A stretch of DNA of 64,000 nucleotides from a virus (lineage: Duplodnaviria; Caudoviricetes). The translations under genes and the position numbers were made by a program. Under the pieces are notes generated by a model that worked only from the letters and a program-made list of their open reading frames with translations, made no database searches and was not told the origin of the DNA. The stretch spans positions 40,718 through 104,717 of IMG/VR virus record IMGVR_UViG_3300021295_000003. The stretch is one strand, 5' to 3'. This document shows, in pieces, positions 47,551 to 57,927 of the stretch (position 1 is its first letter; every line of letters begins with the position of its first letter).

Positions 47551-47708
47551 CTCAACTACAATTTGGACAACAATATTGCAATACTTGTAAACAATACAAT
47601 CCTCAAAGTATGAGAAACAACTGGGACGGTTGCAAATTACACGGTACCATTGTCTTACCATATAGTCACGCTTGCAGATATTATGAAAAAAAGGAGAAAG
47701 AACAATGA
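47547..47708 (+). CDS. Small Cys-rich protein (53 aa)
   Basis: CNTC...C...C; ATGA-coupled on both ends. Confidence 0.5.
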   Translation: MTQLQFGQQYCNTCKQYNPQSMRNNWDGCKLHGTIVLPYSHACRYYEKKEKEQ

Positions 47709-47968
47709 ACGAACCATACAGTATAAAAGGAACACTAGTAAAAGACCACATACACCACAAAAGCTACAACATGACCAGCAAAATCGACGCAGAAAACCTC
47801 TACAATACACTAACCACCTACCACAAAATACACATCCTAAACAAAAACATAGAAACACAATACGACAACATAACCAAACAAATAATCCAACTACAACTAT
47901 CAGTTAAGATATTGGAACATGAAATCAACACACTCCAGGAAGTGGTCACAAAATGCAAGTCACAATAG
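47705..47968 (+). CDS. Hypothetical protein
   Basis: 87 aa. Confidence 0.5.
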   Translation: MNEPYSIKGTLVKDHIHHKSYNMTSKIDAENLYNTLTTYHKIHILNKNIETQYDNITKQIIQLQLSVKILEHEINTLQEVVTKCKSQ

Positions 47969-48630
47969 ATTCAAGAGAACAAACCAGAATAGACTCCGCC
48001 AAGAAATGCTTCAAAGAACAAGGATTAGAAGTAACTGTTGAAGAACTGGAAATAGGAGACTACATCTTCACTGATGGCAAAAACGAAGTATGCTTTGAAT
48101 TCAAACTAACAAGCGACTTCATAGCATCAATACAAGACGGAAGAGTCTTCAACCAAAGCATCGAAATGGCTGAAAACTATGATTACGCATTCGTAATAAT
48201 CCATGGAGACCTACCAACAAGAAGCAAATGCATAGCAATGAGCAGAAACTATCATGAAGTGAATGTCTTCCAATACATCGGAGCAATAAGCAGCTTAAAC
48301 CGTTACGTCACAGTACTACAATGTTACAGTCCATTCATAAATGAAAGTTACTACACCATGATGACACAAGCCAAGAAGTGTTTATCCAATAAACCAATAG
48401 TAAAGAAATTCCCCAGGAAACACCGAAACCCAGCAATGAATTACTTATGCTACTGTGTATACGGTTTGAATTATAAAAGAGCTGCTGAGATAGTGGAAAA
48501 CCTAGACTTACATACCCTGGAAGACCTACTACTATTAGACTGTGAACAATTAACACGAGTTCCTGGCATCGGACTGAAACTAGCAGCTAAAATAATCAAG
48601 ACAATTGAAGATGACAGTTATGAGGATTAA
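47953..48630 (+). CDS. ERCC4/XPF-family nuclease with HhH domain
   Basis: IDSRE, GDY, EFK..SDF..SI.DGR...Q, VPGIG. Confidence 0.9.
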   Translation: MQVTIDSREQTRIDSAKKCFKEQGLEVTVEELEIGDYIFTDGKNEVCFEFKLTSDFIASIQDGRVFNQSIEMAENYDYAFVIIHGDLPTRSKCIAMSRNYHEVNVFQYIGAISSLNRYVTVLQCYSPFINESYYTMMTQAKKCLSNKPIVKKFPRKHRNPAMNYLCYCVYGLNYKRAAEIVENLDLHTLEDLLLLDCEQLTRVPGIGLKLAAKIIKTIEDDSYED

Positions 48631-48955
48631 ATCTATTCAAACCAAATATGGAACAATAACTGAAAAACATGGATGGTACTATGTCAGCAGTAACGAACAT
48701 GGACACAGAGTAATATTCGAAGATTACCATAAATGCACCTTACTTCCATGGGCAAACATCCATCACAGGAACTTCAACAAACATGACAACCGAATAGAAA
48801 ACCTCCAACTACTCAGTGCATCTGAGCATCAGAAAATCCACAAAGCAATCTACCGACCATCAGAACAACACAAACAAGCCATAAGCAACGGTTTAAAAGG
48901 CAGAAAACTGGATATAATCCATCGAATAAACTTAAGAAGGAGTAAAAAACGATGA
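48605..48955 (+). CDS. HNH homing-type endonuclease
   Basis: IHHRNFNKHDNRIENL...EH plus NUMOD-like tail. Confidence 0.75.
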   Translation: MKMTVMRIKSIQTKYGTITEKHGWYYVSSNEHGHRVIFEDYHKCTLLPWANIHHRNFNKHDNRIENLQLLSASEHQKIHKAIYRPSEQHKQAISNGLKGRKLDIIHRINLRRSKKR

Positions 48956-49443
48956 GTATTAACCAACTAATAAACAAATACTATAAACCTGATGGGAAAA
49001 ACAAAACAGGAACAATACGAGTAAACAAAGCAGAAAAACACACACCTGAATACAATAAAAAACTAAAAAGAGAACAATACCGTAGAAACAGACACTTAAT
49101 ACTGGACCAACTACTACTTGAAATTCCTTTTACATTAGAACCAAACCAGGTTACTCAAATAAGATACTGGATAGACAAATTCAATGATAATTTCAAAGAA
49201 TTTCACTACAACAGCAGCAACGAAACAATCATATTAGCATTTATCATGATACAGTGGAAACAGAAATACCCAAAATTATATGTAGCTAATATGCCAATCT
49301 GCAAAGAATACGAACTCACAACACCGAAATTCGAACTAATACAAAACAGATTAATATTCCAATTAATGAAAACTACTGAATTAACATATAACCAAAGCAA
49401 ATACGTTAATCATAACCTATTGGAGAAAAGCCACTATGACTAA
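48952..49443 (+). CDS. Hypothetical helical protein (possible TFB cyclin-fold regulator)
   Basis: 163 aa; S.ETIILA.I; adjacent to a TFIIB-like Zn ribbon. Confidence 0.4.
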   Translation: MSINQLINKYYKPDGKNKTGTIRVNKAEKHTPEYNKKLKREQYRRNRHLILDQLLLEIPFTLEPNQVTQIRYWIDKFNDNFKEFHYNSSNETIILAFIMIQWKQKYPKLYVANMPICKEYELTTPKFELIQNRLIFQLMKTTELTYNQSKYVNHNLLEKSHYD

Positions 49444-49669
49444 TAATATAATGAGGAAGAGTGAAATGGAGAAATGGAATAACCCACGTTTATTCTACTT
49501 AAACTCCATCACAAAACCCTTACCTACTACATGCCCTGAATGTCATGGAGACTTAACCACCAATGATGATCAGGATGAAACACTATGCAGTAGTTGTGGT
49601 TTAATAGTTTCAGCAAGTATTGAATATGTTGCTGGAATTCGTATAGATCTTCCTTACGGTAGACATTAA
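49436..49669 (+). CDS. TFIIB-type zinc-ribbon protein
   Basis: CPEC.G.L...D....ETLCSSCGLIV. Confidence 0.75.
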   Translation: MTNNIMRKSEMEKWNNPRLFYLNSITKPLPTTCPECHGDLTTNDDQDETLCSSCGLIVSASIEYVAGIRIDLPYGRH

Positions 49670-50106
49670 ATTGGAATGTTGTAGTATAGGCTGGTGCGTA
49701 CAAATATTTTTATATCATAATCAATCATAGGCAATCTTGTATTTCGGTTTTCTTCTGTGTTACGTATATTTTATCGTTTTTTCGTATCTCTTGGATTTAA
49801 TTTCGATTTAACCTTCCAAATAATATCGTATTTGAAACACTCTATTTCGTTTTTTATAAAACTACCATAAATAAAAGAGCATTTTAGCTAATTTCATTAA
49901 AAAATAATACTGGTAAACCTACAACTATTAATGTCTACTATTTTTCATTTATCATTTATATATGCAGGTTAAAAGATTCATAAACTGGAACTATGGACCA
50001 CTGTTCATGGTTTTTAAATATAACTAACTATCCTTCTACAAATGGTGTGAAAACAAAAAAAGAATGTGCAACTCATTCTACCTGCCATGACTCACACCAC
50101 AAAATA

Positions 50107-50241
50107 TGCCTTGTACAAGAGAATTGTACCAGGAAATAAAGTATTTGTAAATCTCTAATTTCAAGTAAAGATAATCATTTTATTATCTCTACAATTGTGA
50201 CTAATGGTGCAATAACTGGGGTGCAACTCCCCAGCAAGGCA
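50107..50241 (+). ncRNA. tRNA-like (tmRNA-TLD-like) RNA
   Basis: Acceptor GCCTTGT/GCAAGGC+A, T-arm TGGGG-TGCAACT-CCCCA, helix ATTGTACCA/TGGTGCAAT; no D-stem or anticodon arm. Confidence 0.6.
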
Positions 50242-50278
50242 ATTCTTTTATAAAACTAATTTTACGAGTTGATCAACA

Positions 50279-50533
50279 ATGAACCCTGACATAATAGGAA
50301 ACCTAACAACAATAATAAAAATAATAATCATGACTATTGCTCCAGCAATAGCAGTATACATTGGAACTGATGAACAAACCGTAGCAGCATTCTTAACTGC
50401 AATACTCACATTCGCATTGGCAATAATAGATGCACGTTACCCAAACAATTTCGGTGATAACAAACCAGTTGCAGCAGAATCAGAAATACTCAACGATGAG
50501 TACGTAACTGGTGATGAGGATGACAGCCAATGA
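50279..50533 (+). CDS. Holin-like two-TM membrane protein
   Basis: Homolog of 24243-24518. Confidence 0.6.
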   Translation: MNPDIIGNLTTIIKIIIMTIAPAIAVYIGTDEQTVAAFLTAILTFALAIIDARYPNNFGDNKPVAAESEILNDEYVTGDEDDSQ

Positions 50534-50879
50534 ATGCTACCGAGAAGACCAACTACAAGGTCAATCTAGGAAAATCACAGAACTAGAAGCACGTGCAGAT
50601 TTCAAAGACAAACGGATAGATGAACTATATCTTAAAATGGAAAAAATAGAGTTAAAGATGGATAAATTGAATGAAAACGTTAACGCATTACTATTACAAT
50701 CACAACAAGGTGACACTGACTTAGAACTACGATTAAAAGCAATAGAAACAGAACTAGCCTTGCAAAAACAAACCAACATAGACAATCACAACCGTGTAAG
50801 CAGCCTATTAGCAGTAGTAGGAGTTGGTTTAACACTAATTACAATACTAATAAATGTTTACTTCAATATGATACATTAA
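50511..50879 (+). CDS. Coiled-coil protein with C-terminal TM helix
   Basis: Homolog of 23864-24262. Confidence 0.6.
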   Translation: MMRMTANECYREDQLQGQSRKITELEARADFKDKRIDELYLKMEKIELKMDKLNENVNALLLQSQQGDTDLELRLKAIETELALQKQTNIDNHNRVSSLLAVVGVGLTLITILINVYFNMIH

Positions 50880-50905
50880 AAACAAAAAAACTAGAACTGG
50901 GAAGG

Positions 50906-51490
50906 ATGGTTTATATTATGCAAATAGAAACAGTTAAAATCACGGAGTTAATAAGCCCTGACTACAACCCAAGGCACATAACACCTGAAGCAATGGAAGG
51001 GTTAAAACAATCTCTAAAAGAATTCGGATATATAACTCCAATCATAGTAAACCGACATAATAACCACATCATAGGTGGAAATCAAAGATACGAAGCATTA
51101 AAACAACTAGGATACGAAACCGTTGATGTAATCTACACTACTATTACAGATATTAACCGTGAAAAAGCATTAAACATCCGACTAAATAACAACAGGGGAG
51201 ACTGGGATATAGGAAAACTAGACACTATATTCGAAGACCTGGAACTAACAGGATTCGACTTAACACTAACAGGATTTCAAACAGAAAACCTACAACCAAT
51301 CAAAACAGATAATGAAATTCCAAGTAATGAAACAATCACTGCTGACATAAATACTGGATTAAAAATTGAAAATAAAAAACCTGAAGTAGCAGCTGAAAAA
51401 CCTAAAACTACTCCAGGACCTACTGAAAATAATGCTGAAAACATAATGATCTGTCCACATTGTGGACATGAAATAAAATTAAAAAAATGA
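50906..51490 (+). CDS. ParB/Srx-like N-terminal domain protein with C-terminal Zn ribbon
   Basis: YNPR, L..S..EFG...PI.V, IIGGNQR, CPHCG. Confidence 0.8.
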   Translation: MVYIMQIETVKITELISPDYNPRHITPEAMEGLKQSLKEFGYITPIIVNRHNNHIIGGNQRYEALKQLGYETVDVIYTTITDINREKALNIRLNNNRGDWDIGKLDTIFEDLELTGFDLTLTGFQTENLQPIKTDNEIPSNETITADINTGLKIENKKPEVAAEKPKTTPGPTENNAENIMICPHCGHEIKLKK

Positions 51491-51506
51491 AATTTAATGA
51501 AAAAAT

Positions 51507-52145
51507 GTGAAAAAAAGACTGATTGATATGGAAGAATGCTACTGGGAGCAACCATTACTCGGTAAAAATGGAAGTACTGAAAATGGAACTCGAAAATATA
51601 GAGATGTGTATTTTAACCATAATGGACACATCACTTGTGAACAGATAGCTAAAATGTTTGATACAGATAAAAGAAACATTGAGAACCATAAATCAAATTA
51701 TAACTGGGATGGCGTATTAGCTGATAAAAAAGCATATCTTCAAAGGAAACGTGATGAGAAACGTGAAGAGAATTATCAGAAACATATTGATAAAGATTTC
51801 AAAAATGCTGATACAGTATTAACCATTAAATATGCTCAAATTCAAATGGCAGCTATCAAAGTTGGTCTTATGAAACCAAATGGTATGATTATACCTGAAG
51901 AGTTAACTTTCAAAGAAGCATGGAAAACCATAGACAATACTGATGTTAAAACATTACAAACTGTTATTATGCGTGACCTGGAAAAAGCTGGAAACATCAA
52001 TGATAAACAAGTACATAATGTACATGGTGAAATGGATTTAACTCAAACAATCAAAGATGCAGATAATACTGCAAGCATCGATGATTTATTTGAATTATAC
52101 AAAGAGGATGAGGAGGAATCCATGAATGGAAATGACACCAAATGA
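51507..52145 (+). CDS. terS: Terminase small subunit (module B)
   Basis: HTH region; directly upstream of terL. Confidence 0.65.
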   Translation: MKKRLIDMEECYWEQPLLGKNGSTENGTRKYRDVYFNHNGHITCEQIAKMFDTDKRNIENHKSNYNWDGVLADKKAYLQRKRDEKREENYQKHIDKDFKNADTVLTIKYAQIQMAAIKVGLMKPNGMIIPEELTFKEAWKTIDNTDVKTLQTVIMRDLEKAGNINDKQVHNVHGEMDLTQTIKDADNTASIDDLFELYKEDEEESMNGNDTK

Positions 52146-53493
52146 TTATAAAAAAGAACTCAACCTCAACTACCAATTCTATAAAACACTATTAGATAAA
52201 ACAATCTACCATAACCCTTACATTGAATTAGATCCATACCCATTACAAACATTTCCAATCATTGAAGCTAACAAACCAACAACAACCTATAATGATGAAT
52301 TAATAGGTGCTGGAGGATTCGGTGGAAAAACAATACTAGGTGCAATGTTAGCAGCACAATACCTAGAACATAGTAAATACCAATGCCTGGTAACAAGATT
52401 ACACTACCAGGAACTAACTGGACCAAATAGCATATGGAGTATACTAACTGAATGGTGCAATACTACATGTGAAATAAACAGTACGAAATTATACATCAAA
52501 TCTCCAGCAGGAGCATTAATTCAATTCAAAGCATTTGACCATGAAAAAAGAAAAGAAAAAGTCAAAAGTGAATCATACACCAGGATAGTAAATGATGAGG
52601 CTTCCGAATTAAAAGAATCAATACTAAGATTCCTATTCCGAAGTTTACGTAAAGAAAAAAACAATCCACTCCCATTAAGTTTCATAAACTTATCAAACCC
52701 TGGTGGAGACAGTACTGAATACTTAGCAGACACTTATGTTAATGGAGATAAACCATACTTCGCATTAGATTGGAGACACAACCCATACATAGACAAAGAA
52801 CAATATAAAGCAAGTCTTGAAAACCTGGATTATATCGACCAACAATACCAACTACACGGTAACTGGAATTACAAACCAAAAGTTGGTGACTTACTATCAC
52901 GTGCTGAAGGAGAGGCACAGCTAATAACTAACTTAACTACACCATTATACTATGAAATCATAGGCATTGACTTAGCTGGAAAAGGAAAAGACATGTTTGC
53001 TGTAGTTTGCTATGATTACTTAGCTAATGGATTGGAGTATATTAAAGATTTCAATCAAACTCAATCACATAACCCTGAATCATTACTATTAGATTTCATT
53101 GTTAAACATAATCCCAATCCCAACCTTCCAATGACTAGTGTAATAGTTATAGAACAAGAAGGTGGTGGAAGTCCTGAATATGCTAAAAAATACTTTAAGG
53201 ACATGATTAACGATTATGGTTACAACATACCTGTAATACTGAAAAAACCATCAGGAAGCAAATACCAAAGAGCAAGACCATTAATGCACAGCATAAAATA
53301 TGGGAATACTAAACTAAACCAGGAATCAGAATACATGGATGATTTCATAGATGAGGGCATACAATTATCACCTGATGGAAAAGGTAGAAGTCCAAACCTG
53401 GTAGATAGTGCAAGTTTAGCAAGGAATTATTTACATACTGATATTTTAGGAAATACTACAACAGTTACTGTTGGAGCAAGAATCGGAGGATAA
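52126..53493 (+). CDS. terL: Terminase large subunit (module B)
   Basis: GAGGFGGKT, VNDEA, SNPGG, GIDLA, EQEGG, NLVD. Confidence 0.9.
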   Translation: MEMTPNDYKKELNLNYQFYKTLLDKTIYHNPYIELDPYPLQTFPIIEANKPTTTYNDELIGAGGFGGKTILGAMLAAQYLEHSKYQCLVTRLHYQELTGPNSIWSILTEWCNTTCEINSTKLYIKSPAGALIQFKAFDHEKRKEKVKSESYTRIVNDEASELKESILRFLFRSLRKEKNNPLPLSFINLSNPGGDSTEYLADTYVNGDKPYFALDWRHNPYIDKEQYKASLENLDYIDQQYQLHGNWNYKPKVGDLLSRAEGEAQLITNLTTPLYYEIIGIDLAGKGKDMFAVVCYDYLANGLEYIKDFNQTQSHNPESLLLDFIVKHNPNPNLPMTSVIVIEQEGGGSPEYAKKYFKDMINDYGYNIPVILKKPSGSKYQRARPLMHSIKYGNTKLNQESEYMDDFIDEGIQLSPDGKGRSPNLVDSASLARNYLHTDILGNTTTVTVGARIGG

Positions 53494-53503
53494 AAAGATA
53501 TTT

Positions 53504-54916
53504 ATGATTATAACAGGAACACCAGTAGATAATCGTATTGCACGTGTAGAAAAAAGCATAGCAAACAATCTACAAAACAAAAACTTATTTCAAAGTGAAA
53601 ATAAGGACACTGCAAGTAATGTAATAGAATTAAAACCACCAATACCAATGAGTGATTGTTTATTCGTATTTGAAAACTCATCACATGTAGCAAAAAGTTG
53701 CAGGATATTAGCTGCAGACATCATTTATAATGAAATCACATTAACCTATGATACAATAGAGGAACCAACAGAGCATGAAATCAACAAGTTAAACAAAATC
53801 AATAATTACATCCATGACAATATAGATGAGTTCTATAACATGGCAGTAGATTGGTATTATGCAGGATGGTGTGCAATGGAATACACCTGGAATAATGTCA
53901 GTTTCAAACTAAAACAAATTCCAATCCATTCATGTAAAATCATCAAAGTTCCACTTCAAGGTTTCACAGTATACCTATTGAAACAACAAATCAATAGTAC
54001 CACTAAATACTTTAAAATCATGGGTGAAACTTATCCTGATGATCTACTTTATTATGGTGGTGAAAAATTAGGTTATGCCTCCTTGATGGGTGGTGACAAT
54101 ATCTACCAATTTTTCAGCTTACCAAAATGGATACAAGATTATAAGAAAATACTCACTGAAATTGCAATCAGTGCAAGTGATTATAAAACCGTATCCAATG
54201 GTAACATTAGTAGTGGTGTATTGAATATTAACCTGGAGCCTCAATTGAAACCACCATTACAATATGACCCTAATAATGGTGAAGTGATACCACAGGATAA
54301 CATCAAATCAAGAGAAGAAGTGATTAGTGAGGAATTACAATCTGCAAACGGTGGAACTGCAGTAATATTCACTGAATCCAACAGACCATTAAACATGGAT
54401 TACGTAAGCTTAGCAAATAACAATCACAGTTACTTATCTGACTTAAGCTACAAATGCCAACAAGCAGTATTAAACGATTACAACATACCATTAGTACGTT
54501 TAATGATTAACAGTGAAAAAGAATCCATGAATAGTAATAAAACACAGTCAATATGGGAAATATACACATTAAACTTACAAAACGAACAAAAACCATTCAA
54601 ACTATTCATAAGAGAATTAATCCAGGACCTATATGATATTGATGTTACTGTTGAAATCAGTACTCCAATATTCAGTGACAGGCGTGAAATTGAAGTAGGT
54701 TTAATCAGCCAAGCTTGGAATGATGGAGCATTAACCTTGAAACAGTTTGTCACAGGTTTAAGTGAATACTTAAAAGTGATTGACTTGAATGAATATGATT
54801 TCACAGTTAACCCTGAAATATGGGATTACAGGAAAATAGACAATCCTCAAAACATTAGTCCTGATGACCTCGCACTGATAGATGAAGTGGAGGCACAGTT
54901 AAATGAGATTAACTAA
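53504..54916 (+). CDS. Portal protein (module B)
   Basis: About 470 aa after terL; ATG 53504 follows a GGAGG RBS. Confidence 0.8.
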   Translation: MIITGTPVDNRIARVEKSIANNLQNKNLFQSENKDTASNVIELKPPIPMSDCLFVFENSSHVAKSCRILAADIIYNEITLTYDTIEEPTEHEINKLNKINNYIHDNIDEFYNMAVDWYYAGWCAMEYTWNNVSFKLKQIPIHSCKIIKVPLQGFTVYLLKQQINSTTKYFKIMGETYPDDLLYYGGEKLGYASLMGGDNIYQFFSLPKWIQDYKKILTEIAISASDYKTVSNGNISSGVLNINLEPQLKPPLQYDPNNGEVIPQDNIKSREEVISEELQSANGGTAVIFTESNRPLNMDYVSLANNNHSYLSDLSYKCQQAVLNDYNIPLVRLMINSEKESMNSNKTQSIWEIYTLNLQNEQKPFKLFIRELIQDLYDIDVTVEISTPIFSDRREIEVGLISQAWNDGALTLKQFVTGLSEYLKVIDLNEYDFTVNPEIWDYRKIDNPQNISPDDLALIDEVEAQLNEIN

Positions 54917-55805
54917 CAAGCATGACATTAAAAACTATCTCGGTAACCGTAGAATAGCTGTAATTCAAAAAGCACACTACACTACACATACATTAATCCA
55001 ATTCGTAAACAACCGTTTAATAGATAAAAAGATAATGGAATGGAATAATGAATACACTACTGACATAAGAGACCCTTTTAAACAAGAGAATATTGAATCA
55101 CAACTCTCAGGTTACAATGTCATGGCAACCAGCAAAGACTTACAAAGAATACTAAAACACAGTGCAATTCAACGTAATAGTTTCACTGAAAACGAAGCCA
55201 GGAAAGTAATACAATCAACTGCTGGAGACCTAACCCAAATAGAAGCCCAAAGAATAGTGAAAAACTTAGACTATGTTGGAAATGTCCTGACTAATGCAGA
55301 TGTGAATATTAAGAAATATGAAGCATTAATAGAGAAGCTGCCAAACAGGACCAGCCGTAGTGAAATATTGAATCGTTGTACTAATGCTGCTGAACATGAG
55401 CTTGTACCAACACAAAGGCAAAGATGGTTAGAACGAAACTTAGCACGTGGCGAATCATACAATAAGAAATACAGTTACAAAGAACTAAACCAATTGTCAC
55501 GTGACCTGGAGCGTTATAAGACACATCGTTTAGATTATGAAAAAAGCATTATTGAAAATAAACAAGCATTCCGTGAAGGATACGAAGCAGTGAATCAAAC
55601 CAAATCCTGGATATGGTCCACATTGGAAAAAACCAGGCATCAAGAAATGGATGGAGAAACAGTACCATTAACCAGTAAATTCGAAGTCACCAACGAACAA
55701 ACTGGAGACACTGATTACTTACTATTTCCTGGAGATGTCAGTAATGATCATAACAACTGCAGCAACATTTGTAACTGTGGTTGCACTTATGAAATCAATA
55801 ACTAA
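54903..55805 (+). CDS. Minor head protein (MuF-like)
   Basis: K.W......TRH..MDG...FPGD...NCGC. Confidence 0.75.
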   Translation: MRLTNKHDIKNYLGNRRIAVIQKAHYTTHTLIQFVNNRLIDKKIMEWNNEYTTDIRDPFKQENIESQLSGYNVMATSKDLQRILKHSAIQRNSFTENEARKVIQSTAGDLTQIEAQRIVKNLDYVGNVLTNADVNIKKYEALIEKLPNRTSRSEILNRCTNAAEHELVPTQRQRWLERNLARGESYNKKYSYKELNQLSRDLERYKTHRLDYEKSIIENKQAFREGYEAVNQTKSWIWSTLEKTRHQEMDGETVPLTSKFEVTNEQTGDTDYLLFPGDVSNDHNNCSNICNCGCTYEINN

Positions 55806-55837
55806 TTTTTATGTAAAATCAACCTTAAAAGGAGACA

Positions 55838-56839
55838 ATGGTGAGCGTGTTACTATGTAAACAAAAAGCATTATACGTTAAATGTTGTATTATAGCAAAT
55901 GGTGTAACTGATAGCCAAGGAGACACATTATATGCTGAAGACATTAAAAGAATCTTCACATCATTTAACAATCAAGATAATTTTGAAGTATACCACAATG
56001 AACTACCTATTAGTGAGGTTTCATTGCTTGAAAATTATATATCAAACGCTGATGAAACGATTGGTACAGCTGTAGTGCCTCGTGGAAGTTGGAATGCAGT
56101 AATAAGAGTTGACAATCCTGACATTAAAGAAAGATTGTTAACTGGTGAATTTAAAGGTGTTAGCCTTAACAATAGAATAGCTGAAAAATGCCGTGGAAAC
56201 CTAACAGGAAACGTGCGTTACCAGGATGTCGGTAATGCTGAATGTTTCATACCATTATTCATTAGTTTCGTAGAAGCTGGAGCTAATGGTTATGGATTAC
56301 ATGTTATGGATTATCCAGCATATGTAATGAAAAGCAAATCTATTGAATTAAATAATGGAGCAGATGACATGGATTTAAAAGAATTCTTAGATGGTCTCAA
56401 ATCCTTAATTAAACAAGCAGAAGACACACCTGAAGAAGAAGCTCCTGCTGTTGAAAAAGAGGATGAAGACCCACAACCTGAAGAAGAACCAGTTGTTGAA
56501 AAATCCGAAGAAGAAGAGGAAGCAGCAACTGAAGAAGAAGTAGTTGATGAAACCTCCACCGAAGAAGAACCTGAGGAAGAGGAAGCTACTGTTGAAAAAG
56601 CAGAAGATGATTTCGATGCAAGATTAACACGTATCGAAGAAATGTTAGCAAAAGCATTTGGTGAACAAACTGAAGAGGATGCTGAAACCCCTGACCCTGA
56701 AGTAGAAGAGGAAAATGAGGACACTCCAAAAATCACTAAATCAGAAAAAGTAGTGCTAACTACTCAAACTGCAAGTCAAACTAACTATTACGAAATGACT
56801 GGAAGAGATCCAATTACTGGTTGTAAACTTAGAAAATAA
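55838..56839 (+). CDS. XkdF-like prohead protease plus acidic scaffold
   Basis: DSQGD, H, GSW, GEFKGVS, ISFV..GAN; Glu-rich C-terminus. Confidence 0.8.
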   Translation: MVSVLLCKQKALYVKCCIIANGVTDSQGDTLYAEDIKRIFTSFNNQDNFEVYHNELPISEVSLLENYISNADETIGTAVVPRGSWNAVIRVDNPDIKERLLTGEFKGVSLNNRIAEKCRGNLTGNVRYQDVGNAECFIPLFISFVEAGANGYGLHVMDYPAYVMKSKSIELNNGADDMDLKEFLDGLKSLIKQAEDTPEEEAPAVEKEDEDPQPEEEPVVEKSEEEEEAATEEEVVDETSTEEEPEEEEATVEKAEDDFDARLTRIEEMLAKAFGEQTEEDAETPDPEVEEENEDTPKITKSEKVVLTTQTASQTNYYEMTGRDPITGCKLRK

Positions 56840-56889
56840 AACCTAAAATTTATTATAATTAAAACAAAAAAAGAGGAGAGTACATCTTT

Positions 56890-57927
56890 ATGATAACCCA
56901 AGCAGACATTAAAGCAAACAAACCTGTTATTGTAAAATGGGATAAACCATTAACAAGCAATGGTGTAGTAACTGATGGAGTATTAGCTGGACAAGCTCAA
57001 GAATTCATCACTAGAATCGAAGAAGAATCTGAATTATTAGGACAACTCCGTTACATTGAAATGGAAGGAGAAACCCAAGACATTCAAGCATTAAGAGTAA
57101 GAGCTGAATTACAAAACATGAATAAGATCACTGGAACTGTAGGCGCACAAGTAGCTGACATCACTACTTTAACTGAAACCACTCCAGGAATTCTTAAGAA
57201 TACTTTAGAAGCTCAACCTTTCACAGCTTACTGTAAAATTCCTAAAACTTTCTTAAAAACTAATATTGAAAAAGAAAACTTCATTGCTAAATATGAATCT
57301 TTATTAGTTCCTTCCTGTGCTTTCAGTGCAGAACAAATCGCTATATTTGGTAAGAAAACTTTAGCTGATGCAAAAGGTATTCATGCATTAAAAGGTATTC
57401 TTGCACAATTAGATGATGTTAAAACTGCATGGACTAGTGGTCACAGTACAGATCCTAAAATCCCAATGGGTGAATACACTGCTATTAACGCTGGTGTAGG
57501 TTACGAAATCTTACCACAAATCGATGCAATGTTAACTCAGTTCACTTACCAAAGAGGTAAAAGGAAAAACGCTAATATTTATGTTTCCTCCAAATTAGAA
57601 TCTGCTATGATTGCTGAAGCAAGTAAACGTGAAACCGAAGGTGGTGACAGATTATTCTTCAACGATAACGGTAACATGGTCTTCAGAGGCAGAGAAGTTA
57701 TTCAATTAGATGCATTAGACAACCCAGTAAACAGTTACGCTGATGTTGTAATCATTGCAAACCCTGACAGTATTGGTTACGGTCCAATCATGGAAGCTGA
57801 ATCCGAAGCTGAATACAAAATTGAATTAAAATCTTACTTAACCAGTGTTGATTGGATGTTCGATGTAGCTATCATCTTCCCTGAAGATGTTTTATACGCT
57901 GATGTTGATTATACTGCAAAGGAGTAA
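56890..57927 (+). CDS. Major capsid protein (module B)
   Basis: 345 aa; G.L...QA.EFI, NIE...F motifs; high-expression codon use. Confidence 0.85.
   Translation: MITQADIKANKPVIVKWDKPLTSNGVVTDGVLAGQAQEFITRIEEESELLGQLRYIEMEGETQDIQALRVRAELQNMNKITGTVGAQVADITTLTETTPGILKNTLEAQPFTAYCKIPKTFLKTNIEKENFIAKYESLLVPSCAFSAEQIAIFGKKTLADAKGIHALKGILAQLDDVKTAWTSGHSTDPKIPMGEYTAINAGVGYEILPQIDAMLTQFTYQRGKRKNANIYVSSKLESAMIAEASKRETEGGDRLFFNDNGNMVFRGREVIQLDALDNPVNSYADVVIIANPDSIGYGPIMEAESEAEYKIELKSYLTSVDWMFDVAIIFPEDVLYADVDYTAKE

Larger units (their letters stand above)
45895..47708 (+). repeat. Tandem array of small genes sharing an ATGACTGAA(AAACGATT) start (MTE-KRF)
   Basis: Starts at 45895, 46036, 46189, 46486, 46680, 46895, 47230, 47547. 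Confidence 0.75.

Noticed and set aside
50107-50241. Canonical tRNA or true tmRNA
   Set aside because: No D-stem or anticodon arm, no G3-U70 alanine identity, and too short for a tag ORF with pseudoknots
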